From positions 43,152,001-43,216,000 of the forward strand of contig NC_042998.1 of assembly GCF_006345805.1 (NCBI RefSeq): a stretch of 64,000 nt of DNA, given 5' to 3'. The position numbers and the translations under genes are program-made. Below the pieces are notes generated by a model. That model ran no database searches. It worked only from the letters and a program-made list of their open reading frames with translations, and had not been told where the DNA came from. The stretch comes from Octopus sinensis. Lineage: Eukaryota. Positions 39,996 to 53,410 of the stretch are shown here, one piece after another; position 1 is the stretch's first letter, and each line of letters opens with the position of its first letter.

Positions 39996-40355
39996 GGCGT
40001 AGCTGTGTGGTAAGAAGCTTGCTTCCCAACCACATGGTTCTGGGTTCAGTCCCACTGCGTGGCACCTTGAGCGAGTGTCTTCTATACCCTAGGGCCGACC
40101 AAAGCCTTGTGAGTGGATTTGGTAGACAGAAACTGAAAGAAGCCCATCGTATATGTATGTGAGTGTATTTGTGTGTCTATGTTTGTCCCATCACCATCGC
40201 TTGGCAACCGATGTTGGTGTGTTTACGTCCTAGTAACATAGCGGTTCGACCAATATAATAAGTTCCAGGCTTACAAAGAAGTCGTGGGGTCGAATTGTTC
40301 GACTAAAGGCGGTGCTGCAGCATGGCCGCAGTCAAATGACTGAAACAAATAAAAG
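39996..40355 (+). mobile_element. SINE family 1
   Basis: Near full-length copy. Confidence 0.88.
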
Positions 40356-40947
40356 TATATATATATATATATATATATACATATATATTGCAAGCAGGGT
40401 AGCGAACCCCCACCAACTTCCAGCAATGACGGAACCACCAAACCGTCTGGTTTCGAGTTAATCGTGCTCATTCTCAGTGGTGGACATCCATCTGCTAGAA
40501 ATAGCAGTAGTTTGCTCCAGCTTGCAATATATAGGAAAATAAGTGACAGCCAGTCACTGATCTTGCAACAAGCAAAGTAGCTAGTCAGAAAATCTCTAGA
40601 GATTTTCTATCTATCTACTTTGCTTATTATATAAATATATATATATATATATATATCTAGTTGTGGTGTCCTGTACTCACGTATATATATTTATATATGC
40701 ATGTATATATACATGTAGATTTAGGTACGTACATATATGTTTGTATGTATGCATATATTTTATTTATTACACTATTGTTTGACAGTGCCCTCGCGTCGAT
40801 TCGATACGTTCCGTTCTTATTCTCCAAGTACTGTTTTATATATATATATATATTGGTAAAAACTGTAAGATAACAAAAGAAAGAAAGAGACCTCAATATT
40901 ATGTAAATATCTTGGCTACCGAATAATTGTCACATATTATTTTACAG

Positions 40948-40979
<32 letters not shown>

Positions 40980-42059
40980 GAGGCAGGCATCTTTCGGTTT
41001 CTGTCTACCATATCCACTCTCAAGGCTTTGGTCGGCCTAAGACTGCAGTACAAGATACTTGTCCAAAGTGCTATATAGTGAGACTGAACCTGGAACCATG
41101 TGGTTGGGAAGCATACGTCTTACTACAGAGCCAAAAAAAGAAACTTGAGGAATTTTCTACCCTTTCTCTTCTGAAATTTGGCAAATTAATATTTCCTTAA
41201 TAAAATGAAATTTTTCAGAGATACTAGCATAATTTAGGGGATAAAATTTTTTCAGGGGTAAATTTATATGGTAATATTGATATGAATGAAAGTTCTTAAA
41301 TTCTGTGAGTCTGCATAGAACTCAAAAGTTAGTGAATGTACCCTCACAGAATTACATATATATATATATATTCACTACATCGTGAGACAAGTGATAGCAA
41401 AAATTGTTTTGCTTTACAAAACAAGCAATGCAGTTAAATCCAATTCAGTTTTACATATTTCCATCTGTATATCAAAAAAGTGTGGCCATTTTGTTTTGTC
41501 TTTTTCTATTCTGTAAAGAGAGAGAGAGTAAGGGGGAAAGAAAGAAGTTATAGGACAGGAGAGAGAAAGAAGAGAGAAGAATGGCAGAGAGAAAGAAAGA
41601 ATAGAAAAAGAATGAGAAAGGAGAGAAAAAAGAGATAAACTATGAGAGCAATTCATTGGATAAATTTGAGAGAAAGAGTAAGAGTTGTACGTGTATATGT
41701 ATTCCTTGCTTTCCGCTATCTGCACTCTTTGTCTCTCTCTCTCTCACTCTTTCTTAGGTTAAAATACACAAACACATAGGTTTGTGTGTGTGTGTGAATG
41801 CATTCTTTAACTCCCTCTCTCTCTTTCTTTCTCTTTCTCCCTGGTATATATTTTATTGCAACCAGCTTCGTGTTGGTGCAACAAGAGTTGGAAACATTAA
41901 ATGTCTCTGCATTTTACAACTGGCAAAATTAATTTATTATATTTAAGTATTTCTCGTGCAAGATTTCTCATTTGAAATTGTGTGTTGAAACATATTGCTA
42001 TATCTGGGGATGGTTATTTTAAAAAATATTATTGCTGAATAAATACACAAACATATAAC

Positions 42060-42171
42060 ATACATATGTATGTGTATACACACACATACACATATATGTA
42101 TATACATACATATATACATACATACATATATACATACAGACATACATATATACATACAGGCATATATACAT

Positions 42172-42208
<37 letters not shown>

Positions 42209-42213
42209 CACAC

Positions 42214-42252
<39 letters not shown>

Positions 42253-42395
42253 TACATGCATATAGATATATATATATATATAGATACATATATACATATA
42301 AATACATATACACATATACACACACACAAACAGATATATATATACACATACACACACACATACATAGATATATATATATATATATATATATATTA
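42060..42395. repeat. Compound TA/CA/TACA low-complexity tract; (AGAT)n nearby at 43020-43200
   Basis: Direct inspection. Confidence 0.9.
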
Positions 42396-43429
42396 CCAGA
42401 GATACCCAATGGTGCTCAGGATTAAAATGTCAAAGATTTTTATTGTTTTACTTGTTTCAGTCATGGGACTGCAGCTATGGTGGAACACCGCCTTTAGTAG
42501 GAGAAATCGGTTGTCAAGTGATGGTGGGGGTAAAAATACACACACACACACACACATACGCACACGTATATGCATTCATATACAGGCATATATATATATG
42601 CATACATATACAGGTACATATATACATACATACATACATGCATGCATGCATGAAATACAACACAGGACAAGAATGCAAAACATCCAGACAGTCAGGTGAT
42701 ACAAAATAGGGACAACAAAACATCCAGATAGACGATACAAAGAAAACAAGAACGGGTCATTTGGAGTTTTCTTTCCTATAGAGTGTTAGGTGTAATGTAC
42801 ATAAATTGAGTATTGAGAAAAAAGTCATCAGAATTTTCGAAAAAATCTTTTTATTTCTTCATTTTATTGGCGTTTCCGATCCTTTCTCGAACTTGTCAAA
42901 TAAAATTTTTGAATGTACGAACAGCTTGTTCATTTATATAAAACAGATGTTTTGTGGGTTTTTTTGTTGTTTTTTGGGTGAGGTTCCATGAAAATGGAGA
43001 TGGATATATAAAAATATAGGTAGGCTGATAGATAGATAGATAGATATCTGGATAGATAGATAGATAGTTAGATATGCTGATAGATAGATAGATAGACAGA
43101 TAGATAGATAGATAGGCTGATAGATGGATGGATGGATACATACATACATACATACATACATACATAATAGATAGATAAATAGATAGATAAATAGTCAGAC
43201 AGAGAGACAGATAGCTATAGGGAGAGAGAGAGAAGGGGTATACCCCTTCCTATTCACCATTCATTTATTAATTTTCTTTTTTAGTCCTTTTTTTAGTCCT
43301 GTATTGGAATGGATTTATGGATGGTGACCTCTTCATAAAAAAACAAAACAAAAAGAAAACAGGCGTTGTTTGGTCATCACGGAAAGTGATTTTGCTTTCT
43401 CTTCCCCTTTTCCTTCTTTTTTCCTCTTT

Positions 43430-44170
43430 CAGTTATATTTAGAATACAAAATGTACTGAATCCTCTTCCAAACATTCAATTTTGGAGGGAATTTTTTGAT
43501 GAAATGTAGTTCTGCATGAAAAAAACATTAGTATAATATTTGCAAATTAACAATTTAAAAAATATATAAATAAAATAAAATGAAAAATATATATTTATAT
43601 ACCTCCCAATGCTACACATATATTTATTTGATCATTTATAGAGATGAGCCACTTTTAGAAATGAAAAATACAAATTCTCCACTTTACCTTTAAACATTCA
43701 ATTTCGGGGAGAATCCCTTGATGAGGTGTGTGTGTGTGCATGTGTTTGGTAACGTGTCCATGTTTATACTGTGTAGCTTCAACCATGCCTCTTTCAGTTT
43801 CATGATTTTGCATTAGAGAACATTAGTATAACACTTACAAAATATACTGTCTCTGCTTTTCTTTCAAACATTCAATTTTGGAGAGAATTTTTTGATGAAA
43901 TGTAGTTCCATTGCTTTCTGGTATTGTGGATCATCCTGCGCACATTTGTAAAAGGGAGAAGTTCCGAATTTTCTGTCACTGCATATTTGCAGATGCTTAC
44001 TTAATGAAATCTTGCATAATTCCTCTAGTCGGATATGTTGCCTATGGATTCTTGTACATTGGCAGAGGGAATTATTTGTTTTGCTAATGTAATTTTTCTT
44101 TGCCATTTGGGCAGGTAATGCAGTATATGAGGTTTTGCATTTTGCAGTTCGTATCTGCATTTATTTTGAA
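43430..44170 (-). mobile_element. Penelope GIY-YIG 3' fragment with tandemly repeated 3' end
   Basis: KKNYISKTNNSLCQCTRIHRQHIR..LSKHLQIC..PFYK..KAMELHFIKKFSPKLNV; AAACATTCAATTT..GAGA recurs at about 43470, 43695 and 43867. Confidence 0.8.
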
Positions 44171-44239
44171 AAGGGATCCACTCCTGAATTTTATGTGGGA
44201 ACCACTTTCAAAGTATTTGAAGTTATGTATATACTAAGA

Positions 44240-44480
44240 ATTATAATTCATTCTCTGATTTGTATATGTTTGTGTGTCTGTGTTTGTCCCACCAACATCG
44301 CTTGACAACCGGTACTGGTGTGTTTATGTCCCCGCAACTTAGCAGTTTGGCGAAAAAGACCGATAGAATAAGTACTAGGCTTACAAAGTATAAGTCCTGG
44401 GGTTGACTTGCTCGAGTAAAGGCGGTGCTCCAGCATGGCCACAGTCAAATGACTGAAACAAGTAAAAGATTAAAAAGAGT
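44240..44480 (+). mobile_element. SINE family 1, 3' half
   Basis: TTTGTGTGTCTGTGTTTGTCCC...GACTGAAACAAGTAAAAG. Confidence 0.88.
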
Positions 44481-44486
44481 AATGAG

Positions 44487-44521
<35 letters not shown>

Positions 44522-44608
44522 ATATTCATGTATACATATACATATATATAAATATATATGTACACTTATAAATATATACATATATACATATATATATTCA
44601 TATAAACA

Positions 44609-44900
44609 TCTATATATATAAAGATGAGAATGTGTGTTTGTCTCTCTGTATGTCTGTGTGAATCCCTAAAACTTGAGAACTACTCAACCAATTTCATTCA
44701 AATTTTACATATGCCTTACTTAGGGTCGATGTGTTATAGGCCAAAAAGATTTTTTAACTTCTTGCCTAGTGTGAGCCTACAGCAATATCATATCTTCTCC
44801 ACTATCTCAGTATTACGTATCAAAAGTTAAACAAGCACATCTCGCTATTGTAATGTCAGATAGTTTAATTTTAATACTGAAACTATTAAAGTGAAACTAT
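44609..44900 (+). mobile_element. Non-autonomous Helitron 5' part
   Basis: A^TCTATATATATAAAG..(TGTC)n start; 3' end not located. Confidence 0.55.
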
Positions 44901-45057
44901 TATTTCACATATATACAGGCATACATACATAATACATACATACATATATATAATATATATATTATGTATATATATGTATATATATATATATATATTATAC
45001 ATACACACACACACATACACACACATATATACATGTATGTATATGTGCATATTCATA

Positions 45058-46600
45058 TCTATAATATCAAAGTCAATGTCTTTATGTGTGTTCGTGTGTT
45101 ACTTATACATTCGAAAACTGCTGGACTGATCCTAATGAAATTTGGAACACAAAATCCAAGCCTAGAGAGAAGGGTAATGCTGTGTGTTTAAGAAAATTTA
45201 ATGGACCAAAATTACTGAATGGATCCTTATGATATTTGGAACTTAGATTCAATGCATAAGGGCTGGTATAATGCAATATGATTGGTTTGAATTTCAGATG
45301 ACTTAAAGTGGGCAGAAGCCCCACGAAAATTCATAAATTTTCGATGTTGATGAAATTTCAACCATGAATAATTGACATACATCAAGAAATATTCTCAAAG
45401 TTTCCACTTCTCATGAGGATTCTAACACACCCTAATGGGGGCCTTAACTCCCAAATTTTAGTCATTACTTTTATTATGTTAAAAGTACTGAATGGATCTT
45501 TACGAAATTTGGAAATTATATTCTATGCATAAGGGCCATAACCCCCATGACAATTCATATATTTTTGCTGTTGGTGAAATTTTAACCATAGATATTAGAC
45601 ACAAATGAATGAAGTAATATTTATAAAATTTCATCTTCTTAGAAGTTAGAATGACCCTTTCATGGGGACTTAACACCCACAATTTAGTCATTTTATCTAA
45701 GCAAAGACGAATACAATTGTACTCTTGGAAGCTGTAGGGTCACTTGAGTATAAAAGATGAGCATTATTTGTAATTCAATGGTACACCAGTGGAAGAGTTT
45801 GCTTTGAGATATACTTAGATTGTGATTTCTGCAATGTGGTGCATAAATTGTCAAGTAAATGAGATGCATCTTTGCCTCCACTGATTCAGTTTCAAAGTGT
45901 TGAATAAAGTTATTTGGTTGCAGACTTCCTTTCAGTCTTTTTATTATCACTGGGTCACATATAGTCCCCAGATGGTAACATTCATTTCAAGGCCTTCCCA
46001 GATGAGTGACTGGTTATTCAAAGACATTTATAGATTGTAAATTTATTCTGCCCACTTACGTATCAGTATAGGGGTCATTTGCAAACTCCAAACGTGACAC
46101 TTTCATTTCTCCTTAGCCCTCACGTCACACAGTTGTTAATATTTATTTTAGTTGGGTCATGCCCTTCCAATTGCTATAGATCCATAATGCATCTTATGGT
46201 TGTGCCTGTCACCTGTAAGGTGAGGAATCCTACATTGGGAGTGGTAACGACTAGGGTACGGTAGCTGACTGCTTATTGCGATCATTCGTCTTTTGGTTTC
46301 CTACAGCTTTGCTCTCTTTTACAAACCCAGTGAACATACATATATTTCCTATTTCAAAGAAATTCAAACAATAGATATATAAAACCTAAGTTAAAAAGTT
46401 TCTCAACAATTCAAATTCTCTGGTTGACATTAAGACACCCACCCCCAATAGGGGCCTTAACTTTCACATTTTAGAGCTCCATGACCTCCATTTTTCAGGA
46501 GCAAAATCCTTTTAATGGGTTCTATAAGAGTGGAATTTTGGAATCTGCACATAAAATTCAGTAGTATGGGATACATGTATCATGATTACAATTTTTTTAG
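45058..46600 (+). mobile_element. Helitron-like element with internal degenerate repeats
   Basis: A^TCTATAATATCAAAG start; TACTGAATGGATC and GGGGCCTTAAC units recur at about 45210/45485 and 45440/45665/46450; right boundary uncertain. Confidence 0.45.
45700..46140 (-). mobile_element. Possible L1/Tx1 apurinic-endonuclease remnant
   Basis: HLIYLTIYAP motif and a weak NVRG-like start; heavily decayed. Confidence 0.3.
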
Positions 46601-46699
46601 GGTGTATAAAGAGGGAAGTAACGCTCATCTGCAATTTTGATGAAATTCGAATCATAGGTATTCCAGTTCATTACAGAAAATGTAACAGAAAAGTCTAAT

Positions 46700-46752
46700 T
46701 TTTCATATATGTATATATATATATATATGCAAATATATATATATATATACAT

Positions 46753-46797
<45 letters not shown>

Positions 46798-46818
46798 TAT
46801 ATGTATATATATATATAT

Positions 46819-46875
<57 letters not shown>

Positions 46876-47012
46876 TGCAAATATATATATATACATATAT
46901 ACATATGTATATATATAATATATATGTATATATATATATCATATATATATATATATATAAAGACATATATACATATGTATATATGTACATATATATAGAT
47001 ATATATGTATAT

Positions 47013-47076
<64 letters not shown>

Positions 47077-47339
47077 AATATACATATATGTATATATATA
47101 TGTATATTTATGTATATATACATACATACATATATATGTATATGCATATATATATATTTATATACATATATGTACCTATAAATAAATATATGCATGTACA
47201 TACATATATGTATATATATATATGTACATATATGTATATATATATATAATATATATGTGTACATACATATATATGTATGTATATGTACATATATGTAATA
47301 TATATATATATATATATTTATATGTATATTTATGTATAT

Positions 47340-47397
<58 letters not shown>

Positions 47398-47506
47398 TAT
47401 ATATATATATATATATATACATATATACATATAAATATAAATCTATATATACATAAACACATACATGTACACACACACACATGCACATACATATATATGT
47501 ATAATA

Positions 47507-47540
<34 letters not shown>

Positions 47541-47565
47541 CGTATATATGTACATATATATAACT
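46700..47565. repeat. About 870-bp (TA)n/(TACA)n low-complexity tract
   Basis: Direct inspection; produces the 286-aa YIYI artefact ORF. Confidence 0.95.
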
Positions 47566-47570
47566 ATACA

Positions 47571-47925
47571 CTAGCACCATGACCAGACGTTTCCGGGTCT
47601 AGTGCTAGTGCTTGTTGTTTGTTGCCGGGTCGCAGTAGAAATTTCTCACTAAATCAAGAGCTCAGTTTATCACACTTCATTCAAGGCCAGTTTTGTTGTT
47701 TATGAGCTAGTTGGAGCTTTTTATGAGAGTCATCAATATTCATTGGACTTCGGCAATGCCCATATGCCCTTAATTTATGGGCATAAGGTGTCGGGTTATC
47801 AAATTTTTTAATGGGTTTCTGAGGTGACTGGGGAAATGAAACGATCTTCACATGAAAAACTGTGGATTTGTACAAAGGACACACTGACACGCAGATACAC
47901 AGACATTTTGCCGTTTATATATATA
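47571..47925 (-). mobile_element. Non-autonomous Helitron
   Basis: Minus-strand 3' hairpin GACCCGGAAACGTCTGGTC then CTAG^T; 5' TATATATAAA..TGTCTGTGT merges into (TA)n. Confidence 0.65.
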
Positions 47926-48000
47926 TATATATATTATATATATATATACCTATATATATATATATATACATACATTTATATATATATAATATATATGTGT

Positions 48001-48062
<62 letters not shown>

Positions 48063-48436
48063 TTACTTCTTTTTCTCCACTAACTCAGTCTTTATAGTTC
48101 TCAAATAAAGTTCTTATAGCTCTCACATAAAGACATTACACCAATTATTGAATATTGCACAAACCAAATATCCAATACATTACGGGATTGACTTAAATAT
48201 AGTGCTTAACTAGCCTAAAAGTCACTTGGGCTTTTAAACTAATGACCCCGAATCGGAAGATCTGCAAACAGATCTCTGACTTGTTGTGGAGTATTTGTTG
48301 CAGTTACTTTCTCCATATTCATCGCAAAAAATCACGTAAAAAATATCGCGGAAAATAATCGCTGGATTTCACAATTAATTCTGATTATTTCCAAAATTTA
48401 TTTCCAAGTTATAAAAATTGTTAACGCACAAAAATT

Positions 48437-49553
48437 GGATCTTTTCCTTTTGAACGGCACATGTCAACACAATTTCTAGTTAACTAAACATTTTAAAACT
48501 TTGTATACTGGTAGAATGTGTCAAAATAAAACATTTTTTTCTCTTGGCTTTCTTGATAAAATTGTAATTCGTTTGTTTAACGTAATTTAATTTTTCGAAT
48601 TTTAACCAATGAATCGCCTCTAATTGAGCTAAAATCATTTGCTGCGTCTGAAACTGTGACAACATCCTGTCACTAACCCTAAACCTCACCCTAACCCTAA
48701 CTTTTTTTTTCTTAATTGTTAAATTAATTTAATTGTTATGGAAGGCTAAAACGAAAGCAATGGAAAATAATTTAAACAATTAACAACCAAAATTCTATAA
48801 TTTTATACACACGCTTTCTGTACGTATACAGAAAGCGTGTGTTACGGAAAGCGTGTGTATAAAATTATAGAATTATTTTGTTTGTTAATTGTTTAAATTA
48901 TTTTTCATTGCTTTCGTTTTAGCCTTCCGTTTTTTTTTACACACGTAACAATTAAATTAATTTAACAAGAAAAAAAAATTAGGGTTAGGGTTAGGTTTAG
49001 GGTTAGTGACAGGATGTTGTCTCAGTTTCAGACGCAGCAAATGATTTTTAGCTCAATTAGAGGCGATTCATTGGTTAAAGTTCGAAAAATTAAATTACAA
49101 TTTTATCAATAAAGCCAAGAGAAAAAAATGTTTTATTTTGACACATTCTACCAGTATACGAAGTTTTAAAATGTTTAGGTAACTAGAAATTGAAGATGTC
49201 ATTGATTGGTTGAAATTGCAGAAATTGAAGAAAAAAAACAACAAATATCTTACAAACTATAGAATTTTCTCAATAAAGCCGAGAGAAAAAGATGTTTTAT
49301 AAACACATTCTACCAGTATACGAAGTTTAAAATTTTTTAGTTACGTGGAAATTATTTTTAAAAACTGCCGTTCAAACCGAAAAGATCCTGGGTTTATTTA
49401 CATTTCTGAAGAAAAAAGATACCATTCCCCCCACCCCTAACCCTAACCCTAAAACAGATTGAAATGCAATAGATCGATAGTAGGGTCATAATTATGGGTG
49501 ACAATTTCATATGACACCGCTAGAAAAAACTGCCGTTCAAACCGAAAAGATCC
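48437..49553. mobile_element. Composite of telomere-repeat MITE relatives: 720-bp foldback plus a rearranged copy
   Basis: Inverted arms 48470-48818 / 48847-49192 with CCCTAA and TTAGGG tracts; three TIR copies at 48437, 49388 and 49553. Confidence 0.85.
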
Positions 49554-49914
49554 CCTGCATGTAGTAGCCTGATCTGTTAGAAACAGTAGTAAAGTTTTCT
49601 GCCGGTTATACCTGAAAGATTCTTTTTTAAAAAAAGAGGACACATCGGATCATGTAGTACACCAAAGTCCTCTATTATGGCTTTTTGTACAACTATTAGG
49701 TAACGTATACAAAAGTGAAAGAGAAGAGAGAAAGACGGAGGAGGTGGTGATGACAATAGAATACAAGAGATTTGAAAGTAAATTCCGTGTTATTTCTGTA
49801 AAATAAAAATCCTCAAAACTTAATTAAAATAAAGCGGTGCTCCAGCATAGCCACAGTCAAATAACTGAAACAAATAAAAGAATAAGAATAAACCGAAATT
49901 ACGAAACATACTTG

Positions 49915-50728
49915 ATATTCTTTTCTACTCTAGGCACAAGGCTCGAAATTTTTGGGGAGGGGTCCCGTTGATTAGATCGATTCCAGTACGCAACTGGTAC
50001 TTAATTTATCGACCCCGAAAGGCCTCGGCGGAATTTGAACTCAGAACGTAAAGACAGACGAAATACCCTTAAGCATTTCGCCCGACGTGTTAACGTTTCT
50101 GCCAGCTCGCCGCCTTAAGAAAAACATACTTGATATTATACAATTTGAGCTGTAGAATCGTTAACATCCCGGACAAAATGCTTAGCGGCATTTCTTCCAG
50201 CTCTTGATGTTTGGAGTTCAAATTCCGTTGTGGTGGATTTTGTCTTTCATTCTTACGGCGAAGATTAAATAAGTACCAGTTGAGCACAGGGGCTGATTTA
50301 CTCGACTTACTTCTCCCATAAAAATTTATTCTTTTATTCTTTTATTTGTTTCAGTCATTTGACTGCGGCCAAGCTGGAACACCGTCTTTAGTCGAGCAAA
50401 TCGACCCCAGGACTTATTCTTTGTAAGCCTAGTGCTTATTCTATCGGTCTCTCTTGCCGAACCGCCAAGTAACGGGGACATAAATACACCAGCATCGGTT
50501 GTCAAGCGATGCTGGAGGGACAAACACAGACACACAAACATACACACACACACACATATATATATATACGACGGGTTTCTTTCAGTTTCCATCTACCAAA
50601 TCCACTCACAAGGCTTTGGTCGACCCTAGGCTATAGTAGAAGACACTTGCCCAAGGTATCACGCAGAGGGACTGAACCCGGAACCATATGGTTGGTAAGT
50701 AAGCTACTTACCACACAGCCACTCCTGC
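49915..50728. mobile_element. SINE cluster: family 2 (-) 49915-50115, family 2 (+) about 50145-50325, family 1 (-) 50330-50728
   Basis: Similarity to other copies in the window. Confidence 0.85.
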
Positions 50729-50926
50729 CAAATTTTGAAACCATTATACAACGTGAAAAGAAACAAGGCAATATACACATACTAAAGGTAGAATATTGCA
50801 TTCAGGTAATTGCTCAGTTTGGTGAGATTAAGAAAGTAAATAAAAATTAAAAGAAGCAAAGGGACGAATCAATCTTAGAGGAATCATGGATTATCATTCA
50901 ATTAGGAAAGGCTGGAGACAACATTC

Positions 50927-51356
50927 GGATCTTTTCGGTTTGAATGGCAGCTTTTCTAGCGGTGTCATATGAAATTGTCACCCATAATTATGACCCTAGT
51001 ATCGATCTATTGCATTTCAATCTGTTTTAGGGTTAGGGTTAGTTAGGATTAGGGTTAGTAGTGGGGGGAAGGGTATCTTTCTTCAGAAATGTAAATAAAC
51101 CTAATCTGTTTCTTAAACGAGGGACATATTCATACGGCACAGAATGTTTTTTTTACCTCAGTGGACGTCACTGATTGGTTGAAATTGCAGAAATTGAAGA
51201 AAAAACAACAAATATTTATCAAACTATAGAATTTTCTCAATAAAGCCAAGAGAAAAAGATGTTTTATAAACACATTCTACCAGTATACGAAGTTTAAAAG
51301 TGTTTAGTTACGTGGAAATTATTTAAAAAAACTGCCGTTCAAACCGAAAAAGATCC
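50927..51356. mobile_element. Telomere-repeat MITE, second intact copy
   Basis: Same TIRs as 5567-5991; perfect 8-bp TSD CAACATTC. Confidence 0.92.
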
Positions 51357-52002
51357 CAACATTCTTCAGTTGTTGGCATGGCATCGACTAATTATGAATA
51401 TGAATACCGGTGAAAATTGTAATTCACCATGGAAAGTTATGGCAAGCGTTGTAAAAGGAGCAAATATGTTCGTTACCGTTCATTTTTTGAGAGAAGTCAT
51501 TATCTCGCCAGTGTTAATTATGTTGTGTGAGTAGTAAAGTGTAAAAAGTTATTTCTTTTTTAATCTAACCAAACTGAACAATTACCTTGCATTCAATTAT
51601 ACAAGACAAAGATTCGCAAATATATGTACGTGATTGTTAAACTTACTCTTCAAATATGTTCCCAGTTTCTGCTTTGCACATTGCTTAGATATTGTGGATT
51701 CAAGTTTCACAACATAGTCTCACATTTCAAAACACAATCCCACATATGAAGGCCTGTTATCGAGGCATATCATCGAAGGCCTGTTATCGAGGCATATCAT
51801 CGAAGGCATGTGGACGCATCTTATAAGATGACAATTCATTTAAAAAAATGACTGTTCTAAAAATAAAAAAAAAGGCATACTACGTTGAAAAAATAGTACA
51901 TCTGGTGTTTTACGTCCGTCACTTCCACCTTTCCTATGAATTCTTTTGTGCTTTACTTTCAGTTTTTCAACCAACTTTTATGCACCATTTAGTCCAATAG
52001 TT

Positions 52003-52296
52003 AACTGCTTCTCAAACTATCTGATGTGGCGTACCGGCAGGCTTCCGCCCCCCCTCGATGTCCCAGGGATCGGGAATATATCTTAGTAATGTTAATTTAT
52101 ATTGGAAACAATATATATAATAAATATAATAAAAGTTGACAATTTTTTTTATCCTACAAAATTTTGTAAAGAAATAATATAATATTAGATAAGCATTTTA
52201 TAATGCTACTTTCTTTTCTGAAAACTCGCCGTGCACCGGCAGTTGATGGCTTGTGGACCGGCACCGATGCACGGACTACCAATTTGTGAAACAATT
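52003..52296. mobile_element. Decayed hAT (Charlie-type) MITE
   Basis: AACTGCTTCTCAAACT / AATTTGTGAAACAATT degenerate TIRs; GTACCGGCA/GGACCGGCA subterminal motifs. Confidence 0.5.
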
Positions 52297-52639
52297 CTCT
52301 ATTTTATTATTCCAGTATGTACATTGAAGGTTAAGAAGGTCTTATACACTTAAAAATAGTTTCAGTCCGGAGATGTCTCCCATTCATTCACAAGCAATCA
52401 AACTACTATACTTTTCAGCCAATTATTTTATTTGTATGTACATTGACAGTCGAAATCTAGGTATATATGGCAGATATTGAAAATGGTTTTATTTTTCATC
52501 CCCTTCGAAATTAATCTTAACTGGTGTTTGGGTTTTGACTGCACCATTTAGCATTAAGGTGTACTGTTACGGTCGCCTCTTTTGTGTATCAATGTACACT
52601 AATTGTATATATATGTATGATAGATCGTTAGCCACTACA

Positions 52640-52785
52640 CATTCTTTATTTCCTCTCCTTGTTTCTTACTGTGTTCCTTTCTGTGGAAGAGCGTAAGCTC
52701 GAAACGTTAAAGACTTTTTCACTTCCCGAGCGTCTGTTGTCTACACCACCTGTCTTCATCTTTTGTCTTTTTCTGTGAATATACG
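52640..52785 (+). repeat. Hammerhead-bearing short repeat, subfamily B
   Basis: CUUU-CUGUGGA-A-GAGC(GUAA)GCUC-GAAA-CG-UU-AAAG at 52677-52712. Confidence 0.72.
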
Positions 52786-52810
52786 TATATATATGTATAT
52801 ATATATAGGT

Positions 52811-53075
52811 GGTCCATCTTTATTTGTAGAGTTAATTCAGTGTGAGCAGCAATTGCCGCATCGTCGGCGAAGAGAAAGTCTCTTATTGTTGCTCTATTGA
52901 TCTTAGTCTTGGCCTGAAGTCTAGAAAGATCAAAGAGTGACCCATCAGTTCTCCAACAAAGGTAGATATGTCACGCTAAGCCTCGAAATGCATACTGCAG
53001 TAATACAGCAAAGTAAATGCTGAAGAGGATTGGTGCTAAGACACAACCTTGTTTTACTCCACTGTTGAAGTCAGG
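52811..53075 (-). mobile_element. RTE-clade LINE, RT core fragment
   Basis: FNSGVKQGCVLAPILFSIYF..WRTDGSLFDLSRLQAKTKI..RDFLFADDAAIAAHTELTLQIKMD. Confidence 0.92.
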
Positions 53076-53297
53076 ATATATGTATATATATACAGATATA
53101 TATATATATATATAATAATAAGAGTAAATAATTTCTATAAAGGCTTTAAAAAAACCCCCAATTATTTACTGGTAGAATTCGGTATGTAAATATAGCCGAT
53201 TACCGGCAGGAACTTCTGTAAAGTTCAGTATATATATTGTATATAAGAAAAAGGGACAGGCAAACAGGTTGCTTGACCGCATACCGAAAAAATAGAA

Positions 53298-53410
53298 ATA
53301 GCAGTCAAGAATGCTTATTTCTATCAAAGTTGGACTCCGGGCACGACAAACCCAGGGTTTGTCGTGCCCGGAGTCCAACTTTGATAGAAATAAGCATTCT
53401 TGACTGCTAT
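53298..53410. repeat. Perfect 113-bp palindrome (56-bp arms, 1-nt spacer) next to (TA)n
   Basis: Base-by-base comparison shows no mismatch. Confidence 0.95.

Noticed and set aside
41414-41510. Minus-strand exon after a TC-rich acceptor
   Set aside because: The pyrimidine tract is a GA microsatellite, the donor is weak and the peptide is unrecognised
46597-47574. Long ORFs of YIYI/CVCV type (also at 1.2-2.2, 15.6-16, 17.1-17.5 and 42 kb)
   Set aside because: Translations of TA/CA microsatellites, which lack stop codons; not genes
51749-51806. 27-bp tandem duplication as a CRISPR-like repeat
   Set aside because: Directly adjacent copies with no spacers; eukaryotic context
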